From assembly GCA_000826855.1 (NCBI GenBank), contig JTLS01000041.1, positions 1 to 38,587 on the forward strand: a stretch of DNA of 38,587 bases, in the 5' to 3' direction. How positions within the stretch are numbered: the first letter of the stretch is position 1; every line of letters begins with the position of its first letter. The notes under the pieces are model-generated. The model made no database searches. It was not told the DNA's origin and worked only from the letters and a program-made list of their open reading frames with translations. The DNA comes from Basidioascus undulatus. Its lineage: Eukaryota. Of the stretch, positions 12,301 to 22,222 are shown piece after piece. The translations under genes and the position numbers were made by a program.

Positions 12301-12491
12301 CCCCATATGGAACGAAGGTTGACCTGAAGAAGGCACGCGTGCGTAATGAGAAGCACGGCAGCGTAGAGAGCCGGCGCGAGTTGTGGTCCCCATAGAGCGA
12401 GGGGGATCAGAGATAGGTGGGTGACGATGGGAGCGCGTTGAAGGATTGAAGCCAGGAGCGACGAAGACGATGATGATGATGAATGTGCCAT
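9364..12491 (-). CDS. Membrane-bound family 2 glycosyltransferase (processive-type, uncharacterised fungal clade), multi-exon
   Basis: N-terminal hydrophobic segments; HVILIPNYAED; GESAGKSSNLAWA; VITVMDSD (DxD); GFWDAGPEAIGED; ARYVQAVRHMWG (QxxRH in place of QxxRW); C-terminal hydrophobic helices; ends LFTNKLTYTVSLKP...ASLV-stop. The splice junctions I checked keep the frame. Confidence 0.82.
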
Positions 12492-15400
12492 AGTGCTCGG
12501 CGAGTCGAGGAGGCGTTGAAGAAGATGGTAGGGAGCAGACCTTGCTTCGCACAGCAATAGTGTCCCAAACGGTTCCTGCACGCACACCGCCTTGACCAGG
12601 GTCAAAGCGCATTCGATATGGACCCTAGGGGTGAGCGCTCCTGTCGCAAACCAGGGACTGCGCTCTGCGCACTGAAGCCTGAGGCTCCAGGTTGCTGACG
12701 CACGGAGCGCACCGGGATCTTACCAGTGTCGACGGCTGCTGGCCCTTGGTCCACCTTCTCCACGCAGGGTAGCAAGAAACTCAAGCACGTGTTCCGAATT
12801 TCAATCCTGTGGTCAAGTTCAGAGCTGGTAGACGGATTGTCGACAGCTGGGACAGAAAGGAGGCAGGGCCTGTGCAAACAGCGTGCGCGCTCGCCTGATG
12901 GAACGTGTACAACTTGATGCTGGTCATGGTGGATGCGTCCGCTAGCTTGCAATACCAGGGGCGCGTCCATTTTTCTTTCGTTTCGAATTCCAATTTTAAG
13001 TGTACTCTTTCGGTTTCTCAGGAGTTTCTGAGCTTTGGAAGTCGACCAAAGCGTCAGGACCCTTATCCGAGCCCTGAAGCGTGAGGATGACAACTTCGGC
13101 AGCGCCGCCTGTTTCTGTCGTGCCTCTTGGGCCCTCAACTTATCGCGTGCGACTCCCCAACATAAAGACTTTGCAATGAACTTGTAATGCGATGTTTCTA
13201 TGCACCGCATAGCGCCGTAAACATATGCTGGCAGACCAGACTTCCACATCGCTTCGCCTCACACAAGCTCGTTAAGAGGTGTCGCCCCGTGCACCTTCAA
13301 CAGCAACATGAGGACGGAATTGTGTAACGGTTACGATTTCGCTTGCCGCGATGAGGTTAGCCGGCGCGATCTACCAGGGACAGGAGGTTAAGGCTTGGCA
13401 CCGTGCGAGGCGGCTCTGTGAAGACTGTCCAATCACGTCCTTTGGCGTGCGTCTGCGCTGCGGGCGACTAGCTCACCTTCTGTCCCTATTCATGTATAGC
13501 TTGAACCTAGCCAGCATGAATCCGTCCCATTTCCATCAAAGCAAAGGTGGTGTAACGAAAAGAGGATGAACCGGGGTAGGCTGACAATGGAGTTTGACGC
13601 CAGCAGTCAGGCTGTCGTGATGTTGCTTGGCCTCGCTAGATTTGGTCGCAACGTATGAACGTCTCCGTACAAGATGAGTATTGATGGTGAAACTTAGAAC
13701 AAAGGTCGGGAAAGCGTCACGCACCCTAAGATCTCAAACCCGCGCAGTCTTAACTCCGCGAAGGCCAGCAAAGGCGCAAGGGCACTGAACAAGCGGAAGG
13801 CTCCATTCAGGCGAGGGGCGCCACGAGAGCTATATGATGCCGATCAAAACTACCCTTTAGAACATCGGCCGACGAGCGAAAATATTGCTAGAGGAGCGTG
13901 GGAGGGCGTGGGCGGACGAGCAAGTGAGCAACAAGGAAGGGAGACAACCTGGGTAGATGACGATGAGCGTCCGGAACGGGAGCGGCCTGTGGATCTGTGT
14001 ATAGACCATATTTCAGTATGACTCCGAGGAAGGAGACCAAGGGGCGACCTTTGACGGAGGGTGTTGATTGATAACATGAAAGGCAGCGAAGTGAACGTCG
14101 GACACTGGACGGGGGAGCGCGTGCAGTCCGCCACCACAGCGACGAACGAGAAGATCCTGAAAAGGGCGGGACGCTCTCAGTAAAGCAGCGAAAACGGAAG
14201 CGACATTGAAAGGATGATCGACCGCCCTCGACGTTGGCATGTGGAAGCTTGAAGTCGCGAAGCAACCCACTTTACCTCGTAGCCACTGCAGCATTGTTTA
14301 GGGTGGATTAGGGCGTACCTCTGGATAGTATCTAGGATCGAAAAGTCAAAGCCCGTGCAGCTGAAGAGTTCGGGAGCGAAGGAAAAGCTGGCGAGCCATC
14401 GAAGTGAGCAATCTTCGATTGTCTGGGTCTTCTGCCATCTTTGACCTTCAGAGTGATACTCAGTATTGCAGAACAACGCTGCGTGGCTTCCTTGTGCGGA
14501 GATGAGTTTTCTTGGAGGGCGGATAATAAGGGACGCTCACTCACCGTGTAAGAAGGTTGGTTCCTATATTCCTAAGGATTACAAATAATGCTTGCCCCTG
14601 AAGGATTCATCTGGAGGAGAAGGGGAACGGTATGCGGAAGCATGTGCAGCGACCAGCTGAGAAACTGCGCCGGTCCGATGGGCCAAAATGGTCATCGAAC
14701 CCGACCGAGCAGGTCGGAATACGCCATGTTTAGTATTTGGACGCTGATTCGAAGCGAAAGGAGGATATCAGCTTCGACGGGCGGTCAGTAACGGGAGTGC
14801 AGAGAGAAGGAGCAGCGGGCCCTGCGTCTTGTTTTCGCGGCCGCCGAGCGACCGGGCGCCTCGCCGGTTCGGAGAGGTTCGTAAGCACATTCCTCCCGAT
14901 TGCCTGATAAATTGTCACCATACCCTTTGTGTAACTTGTTCCAGCTGAAAAGCAGCCAGACATAAGTCGTTCTAGACGCGTTATGAGCAAGGCACAGAGG
15001 CAGGGTCGGATCAAGCTGGCGTGCATGGGGGTTTCACTTCTAAGGAAGCTGCATGTCCACATTATAATCACTAAATATTTGGAAGTAATATGGGGCCAAA
15101 AATGAGTCAAAGGACAATGCGTTACCAGTGTTATGGATCAATCGGCTTCATTCGGAGAGAGAACTTGAAGGCCGCAGCCTGGGCTGGTCTTCCCTGCTTT
15201 AGCTCACAGATCGACAGAAGCAAGACCACGAGTTCTGCATCTCGAACCGATGGACATACAGTAACATTTCAGCTGGGCTCACCAATGCTTTTACACAGCG
15301 CACGGTCAATACCCAATCAACTGGCGGTCGTCTGGTGGCCTTCCTCCCCAAGGTGACTCAAAGTCGCCAGTTCGGCCTCGCGGAAACCCTTCAGCTTTCG

Positions 15401-15529
15401 AGTCGGAGTCCAAGACTTTTGTTGATAACCTTCAATTGTTTCTTTTAAGGCATTGCTTAGATGTAATCAATGACGGCCGCCTGCTCAGTGTCAATGCACA
15501 TGTACGGTTCAGCGCGCCGGCTGGCGTGC

Positions 15530-16180
15530 TCCTTAGAGGTCCGACTCCGACTCGATGCAATGTTCTGGAACCTACCTGAAGTGAACCATACCATATATAC
15601 TCAGTGGAAAGAAGTTAGAGAGCTGATGCCTATATCCTGGGTGGTCACTCGGCATCTTCCTTGAACAACCAGGAACCCCGGGGCCGCTTCACCAACTTCG
15701 TTCGGAGGGACTATAGCTTTCTCTGAGAAGCCTCCTGAAACAAGTTTGAGACAGTAAGCTCACGCAAATTTCCTAGACTTGATTCTGACATACTTAGGGT
15801 GTGCATGAACACGCTAACGGCCATGACTTGGGGTGCACTGAAGTTACGAACTGCCTGATTACATCTTAGAATGTATGACCCAGCCAGTGTATCGGGAATT
15901 CAAATAGCCGTGGAGTAGCTTGAAGAGTTTAGCCTATGTCTCACACAATTCGAATGTCATGACTATTGCCAGTTAACCCGGTTACAGACCCTTGCGAGGA
16001 TCCGGACGCGGCGAGGTGCTTCTCACACGACCATCCTCATTGCGTCTCTCAAATGCCTTAGATCGTCTCTTTCCTTAAATATCTCCATCAAGTGGGTCTG
16101 ACATAGTGCAAATCACCAAGGAATACAGTCTAGGCAACAAGAGCGTGCTCTCGGTGCCAGTCCCAGATCCAGCGATTACA
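15530..16180 (+). pseudogene. Possible heavily decayed class I glutamine amidotransferase-like gene
   Basis: Colinear fragments ADAYILGGHSASSLNNQEPRGRFTNFVR, VHEHANGHDLGCTEV and EYSLGNKSVLSV, interrupted by stops and splice-like signals. The catalytic GxCxGxQ motif was not found. Confidence 0.25.
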
Positions 16181-17099
16181 ACGGAACCTCATGCGTCCCC
16201 CTCCCTTCTCCTGAGGTAATGAAGTCCTCTAAAGTCCTAGAGGAACAATATTTTTTATGGATGTATTTTGATGTGGCCCTGTCCCTGAGTTAGAGTACGA
16301 AGCGGCATGTCTTTAACGTCCCTGAGCCGGGCAGCACGCTGCGCATCCCATCCAACGCTCGAACGTCTCTCCCGGAATCCCTTGTTGCATTCCACCCGAA
16401 GTCTCACCTCTGTTATTCAACCACACCCATATGTCCTGCTACCCTGTTTGACCGTCAGACATCAACTCGCTTGTAAGCGCTGTGCATCCTCTGGCGCAAC
16501 TTGACTGCGAATGCATGCACTAGTTGCATGGTCAAGCGCTCCTTAATCGCTGGTAATAAGATTCCTTGAGGTTTTGATAAAGCATGGTATCATATTTCAG
16601 CCGACCACACTGGCTTGTCGGCGAGTGAAGGCCTGAAGGCATGCGTTCGCTCAGCTTGAAAGCCTTTGGGTCAACGGTCACCGAGCTGTTGGTTCACCCG
16701 CCCCACCCTATCCTAGGAGAGCAAATATGGGGAGATTCTAAAGCTGTTTTTGACCTGCCCCGTTTAAACCCCCCGCACAAATATTCTCAAGTCACTTCTC
16801 TCTCCAACTTACGGTTCGCAAGGCATAGCGCACCAGCCCCGCTTCTGCTCTTCAGGCCTCCTCTCACAGCAGAAGCTGAAGCCTGGACGGAGAATGTAAA
16901 TAGTGTTTGGTTTAATGAATCAATCACAAACTCTTACAACGGAACCCGTTAAACATGAGGTAAAAAAAAAAAAAGCTGTGAATGATCTACCGCACCTACC
17001 GAGCATCTGCAGAAGTTTTCGAGACCCTGAATGAAGATATGTGGGATCTTCCTCGTCTTGCTGTTTTAAATACTATAGTGACAACTGCAGAATACAGTC

Positions 17100-17172
17100 G
17101 GCCGCTTGATCTAGTGGTTATGATGTTTGTTTTACACACAAAACGTCGCAGGTTCGAACCCTGCAGCGGTCA
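17100..17172 (+). tRNA. tRNA-Val, anticodon UAC, intronless
   Basis: Acceptor stem GGCCGCT/AGCGGTC, D-loop AGTGGTT, anticodon arm TTTGT-TT TAC AC-ACAAA, T-arm GCAGG-TTCGAAC-CCTGC, discriminator A. Confidence 0.95.
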
Positions 17173-17179
17173 AGCTATG

Positions 17180-17184
17180 TTTTT
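17180..17184 (+). terminator. RNA polymerase III oligo-T terminator for tRNA-Val
   Basis: T5 run 7 nt after the tRNA 3' end. Confidence 0.6.
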
Positions 17185-17260
17185 GCAACGCCTACAGAAC
17201 ACTTATGCATCCCTCTGCCGCACTGCCTCGAAGTCTATTGCCCGCCCATCACCTGGCGCT

Positions 17261-17516
17261 TCACTTTGGTTGTCTTTGTAATGTCGTGTCTCCTCCCGGC
17301 TGTTGCCCCGGCGACCCAGGTAGCTGGTGACCTAACCGGGCACCACGCTGACAACCAACTGAGAGACTCACGGCCCATACTCCCACCCACCTTCAGGGGG
17401 TCCAGGTGCTCCTCTTCTCTGGGTGGCGAGGGCGGGCGGGCATCGTCTCGGGAAACGTCGTGCTCGGCGATGTGCGAGGGCAAGGGCTGGCCAAGGGTGC
17501 CGGTGTCAATAGGCAT
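17261..17516 (-). CDS. Small hypothetical hydrophilic protein (~65 aa, two exons)
   Basis: ATG at 17516 gives MPIDTGTLGQPLPSHIAEHDVSRDDARPPSPPREEEHLDPLKVGG. A GTATGG...TTAG intron joins it to HQLPGSPGQQPGGDTTLQRQPK-stop. Coding-like GC content and a C/A-rich leader. Confidence 0.45.
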
Positions 17517-18097
17517 GATAGTGTGCTCCGGTAAATGGGACGAATCGATGTGGATAGAAGAGGGGCGTTGAATGTGTTTGTGAGCCTTTCCTTTGTGGCT
17601 GTGGTCGCTCGAGAGAGCGAGTGCGACCAGGGCGCACGGGTGACGGGAAGGCGTGTCATGCATGTTGAAGGCTCGCAGTGAAGCTTCGAAACACTATTGC
17701 GTCCTTAGAGCTGGTGTGCTCGAAGTGTGCAAGGTTTATCACTGTCTGTGCTTACGGGTCATCAATGCCTCGATCCTTTGGAATAAACGGTTCGTACCGT
17801 CAGGCGCCCGGTTGATGCAAACGGCTGCCAGCTTGCCCCCTGACAATAACCCCACAGGTTCTGCAGGATTCCATGCGTGCAACTGCCTATGGTTTGAGAA
17901 GAAAGGGGCAAACTTGACCGTCTTTCTGTGGATGCCGGTGCATGCGTGCTCTAGCCTCTCTGCGATAGCGACACAGCGACCATGCCAAACACGTTGTTCG
18001 ACGGCGCACTTCAGGCTTTCCTATCCCCTGCAGTCTTTATGAAACCATACGCAGAAGTACAAAATGTCGGTACAAGACCTTCCACAAGACCCAAGTG

Positions 18098-21000
18098 TCA
18101 CATGGCATGCTTGCCCCGCGTCTCGATAGGGAGCAGGAGCGACATGGGAGCGAGGATGCCGAACTGTTGAACCGCCCGAAGTCAACACCGACTCAAAAAA
18201 TTAAAAGAGTTAAACGCACGAATAGAGCGGAGATAACCAGGGGGATGTTGACGGAAACTGTGTGGGCGACAGTCAGCGACTTGGAGGGAACAGGATAGTT
18301 TCTCGTGTGGCGTACTGTCAACCAGACGGCCCGTCACACTGAAACAACCGAAGTCAAAGTCAACGCTCTTGACTTACAATCCAGGGAATAATATCAACAT
18401 AAAACGTACGCAGGCACCCAGCATGCAATCAGGCCTGCGATTATAGGACGGCGTCAGTTGTGCGGCTCCCAAGTCACAAAGCCAAGCTATGCGTACGAGC
18501 CAAGAGAGAAGCCATTCCAACCTGTACCCGTTCTCGATCAGCAAAACGCTCTTCTTGGGTAAAGAAGGGAGAGGAAGACTTACGCCGGTTCCGCGAACAT
18601 TCGTCGGGAAGACCTCTGTGATGCGGTTCGAGTTAGCTTCCGCACCGACAAACTTATTACTTTCCTGCCTGCGGCGGTTGAAATGCGGACCTGGTGAGTA
18701 GGCGTAGAGCACCGCATAGAATACGCTGCAAGGGTCGCAATGTCAACTTACGCCGTGCCCAGTGAGAGCGCAGTCATCACAACGCACTTTTGCATGAAGC
18801 TCTGGATGCAGTTCGCCGCAAGTTGCCCGCCAGCGCCTGAGTGGTGTTCAGTCAGACCCGATGCAGAAGACTTGCCGGCGGACGTACTGGTCAAGAATGC
18901 GAACAGAATCTGTGCAATGCAGTAAATGGTTGAGCAGGTGCATCCACCACCGACTGAACGAGCATGCTCTCACCAGGCACAGAGCGCACAAAGCTGAGGA
19001 AATTGCCATGGTCCCTTTACGGCCAAGGTAAAGAATATCGACCATGTACATCGCCGCAAACGAGCCGGGAATGCCGCATAAACTGATGTATACGTCTGTC
19101 CAGGCCATCTTCGTGAGAGAGGATGCAAAGAAGGGGTTCAACATGAACGCACATTGCTCGTACGAATCCCGCAAGGTCGTTACGCCGGTGTCCGCCCCTT
19201 TCAGCTCAAGGAATCGGGGCAGAAAGCCGTTGAACCTGGCCAAAGTTGCGTTAAAGATGTTCAAGCGCAACGCCCTGAAGCGTACATAGTGTATGCGATC
19301 TAATGCATGCCACTGGCGGTTAGCACATGAGTCTTCCAGAATAATGCGCCTCTTGCAAACGCACTTGAATGCTCTGCGTGCCAAAGCGTGACATTGTCAG
19401 CGAGGCGCGACGGTAAGGCAGCCAAGACTACGCACAATCCACAAAGCCCAGGTGAGTGCCGTAGTCCATCCCATTTTACGGGTAGCGAAGAGCGGCTTCA
19501 AGCGGGTCAGCGAGAACGCTGCGGCATGCTCTCGCAGAGCCTGACCCAGCGTCTTCTTCGGGCGCTCCTCCGGCGGCGGGATGTCCTCGAAGTCCGTGAT
19601 GGAGAACGTCTTGTCGGAACGGTTCATGCGCGCGATGCCGTTGAGGCTTACCACTGCCTCCTCGTGCAGGCCACGGGCGATGAGGTTTTCTGCCAAATTT
19701 ACTCGGTCAGAAACCCGCGCTACCGGACCGGAACTGACGAGTAAGAAGTACTAGGAGACTCGTAGAAGGTGAAAGCGAACCGCAGGAACCACCTGTAGAC
19801 ATCGGCGTTAGATTTTCTCGGACGTAGTGTTTCCACATGACAAAAAGATCGAACATGAACAGCGTGAAACCACCAAGTGTGATGCAAACGTAGCGCCACC
19901 CCATGTTGTCACCCCGGGCGCAATGGACAGCATCGCTCGCGCATGAGTACGGAGGGATAAGCCCGTAAGCAGCGATGGAGGCGAAAACTGGTGTCGTTTA
20001 TTGTCAGCTCGAGTGTTTTGGAACGATAGATAAGCATGTAACGCACGTTGACCCAGGCACCACCAGACAGACATCAACATAAGCAGGTTCTGGTTCTTGC
20101 GAGGACAGCCCTCGAGGAAAATCGCCTGGGGAAGGTATCGTGAGATCAATATGCGTTCTTTGAAAAACATGCGTAAGCTTCTTACCCCGTCAAGGGCGAG
20201 ATTTCCGCCTTTCGGCACGGTGTTGTGTTAGCACAGCATTCAAGCTAAAGGGCATGCACGGTCTCTCACCCGTTCCGGTTCCCATCTGATTGCGCCTCTT
20301 CAGAATTGCACCTCAAGCATAACCACGGATGTGAAACTCACAGCAGCAGCAAGACCGCATAATGCAGAGAAGCTGAGAGACCCGCCGAGGGCGGTTCCGA
20401 AGAGGCCAGCGGTCAGGAGGGTCAGAGTGAAAGCTGGTGAATGCAGAACCAGTTAGCACGTCAACAAGACGTCGAACTAAACGTCTAGGCCAATTTACCA
20501 ATCTGTCCTCCTAACTTTCAAGTCAGCGGAAGTCCTGGACCACGTCCAAGAAGAGAAGGCCTGCCTTTCTGCCAAAGCTGTCTGCGCCGACCCCCCATCC
20601 CAAGGCCCCCGTCGCCAGGCCTGCGAAGTAACAGCTCGTGACGCCGCCGATTTGGTAGTTCGACACTTGGAACTCCTGCCTAGCGCGGCCTTGGATGATA
20701 GCCAGCATTTGCAGCAGCCTGCGTCTTCTTCGTCAGCACGCACTTCAACACTGCAAAAGCATGGGTCTCACATTTGGTCGGCCTGATTTCAACTGTCAGT
20801 AAGCTATTCATCGTGTCTGAGCATTCATGGGGAAACGTACCGTCCATCCTTTCCGCGCCAGTGTCGTCGCTGATCAGCGGGCCTGCCCATCGCATGCATG
20901 GTACGGACTCACCGAAACCGCAGAGCACCCAGAGACTGCCGAACAAAACATCAGTCCGACTTAGGCCATTAAACGAAAGTGTAATGCGTACCTCCATTGA

Positions 21001-21255
21001 TATCTCCCAAGCCCCACCTCATCAAGGAACGTGTTGGCGTGCTGCCAATTGCTACGTCCGACCGCTATCAGTTCCAGCCGTACCAGACATGTCGCCGCCC
21101 TTCCCGACAACGTACGGGTCAACTTCCACGAGCTTCGCATACTCAGCATCGGCGGCATTGAAGTGTGTCTTCCTGTCCTCGATATCGCTTTTGGCAACGG
21201 TCTCATCCACAGCGGACGCGGCATCGTGGGTTGGCTTCTCGCCGGGGTCCGACAT
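18098..21255 (-). CDS. MFS transporter of the SV2/SVOP-like sugar-porter group, many exons including micro-exons
   Basis: FLDEVGLGRYQW, LCGFGWTADQM, WGVGADSFGRK (motif A), GGNLALDG, NMGWRY, YESPS, LGRKGTMA, AVLYAYSP/EVFPTNVRGTG; ends LLLPIETRGKHAM-stop. Start is either 21255 or an upstream in-frame ATG. Confidence 0.88.
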
Positions 21256-22222
21256 GGATGGCGAAGAAGATGTTAGTGGTGGTTGTGGTGATGGTGATGG
21301 TTGCAACCCAACCCGCTTAAGAACCAATTTAAAAAGCATGATCGGCCCTAGTCTTCTCACCTGCCTCCCTGAGCGGAGCGGTGGAAGACGGGCGGGCAAG
21401 TCGCAGCTAGCCAAGAACCAAAATTCACATGGGTGGGACCTCGGGAGCTTGGCGTAAATGACGCGATGCCTCAGCGCTCGAATTTTGCTTGAAACGCTCT
21501 GCTTGAACCCTGATGCAGTGCGATACCAAGCTGTCTGGTCGATCTGTTTGAATAGAGCAGGGAGCGAGCGAACAAGGGCGAAGCGGGCTTCAAGCTACGG
21601 CGGATGCAGGCGGCAGGAGCTCGTCTCCCCAAGCAGCACTGTCGGGCAATGTTGGGCCATGAAAAGCAAGCACGCAAGCAGGAACCGGCTGAAAAGGACT
21701 AAAGCCCGCTCGCAGCGAGAGGAAACAGCGGAATAAGGACGAAAGCAAGCACGCAAGCGGGAAACGAACATGAGCCCGGGAGGCAATCCGAAGCGTCCAT
21801 GTGCGAGGCAGCGGCGGCGCGAATACTTAGATTGGTAGCTTGTTTGAGCGCGAGGGCATGACCGTCATACGAGAGGATGTGGCGGGAGAGAGATACAAGA
21901 GTGCGCGGCCTAAGGCATAGCTGGAAGACGTGTCGAGTTTAATACGTATACGTAGACAGATCAACAAGAAGGGAAAGATGAGACAAGCGTGGCGGCGGGT
22001 GATTGAGAGATGCAGGGTAATGGGAGGGAGATGGGAAGGCGTGCGAGGGTGGTCTAGAGTGGGCCGGTAGTGGTAGAGCTACAGGGCATTAGGTTGCGGG
22101 GGGTGATGGGTCATGGTCGTGCGGGGGGACGATGCAATGCAAAGACAAAGCGAAGTAGAGGGAAGGACGAGAAGAGGGCGGGTAGGCGAAGGTAAGAAGT
22201 AGGCGATGGGTGCGAGAGATCC

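Noticed and set aside
12602..13249. 215-aa minus-strand ORF upstream of the GT2 gene
   Set aside because: No domain motifs, no coding-like codon bias and no introns; it probably overlaps the promoter/leader.
16800..16860. CTGAAGA on the minus strand as a possible hammerhead ribozyme core
   Set aside because: No correctly placed GAAA and no stem II/III.
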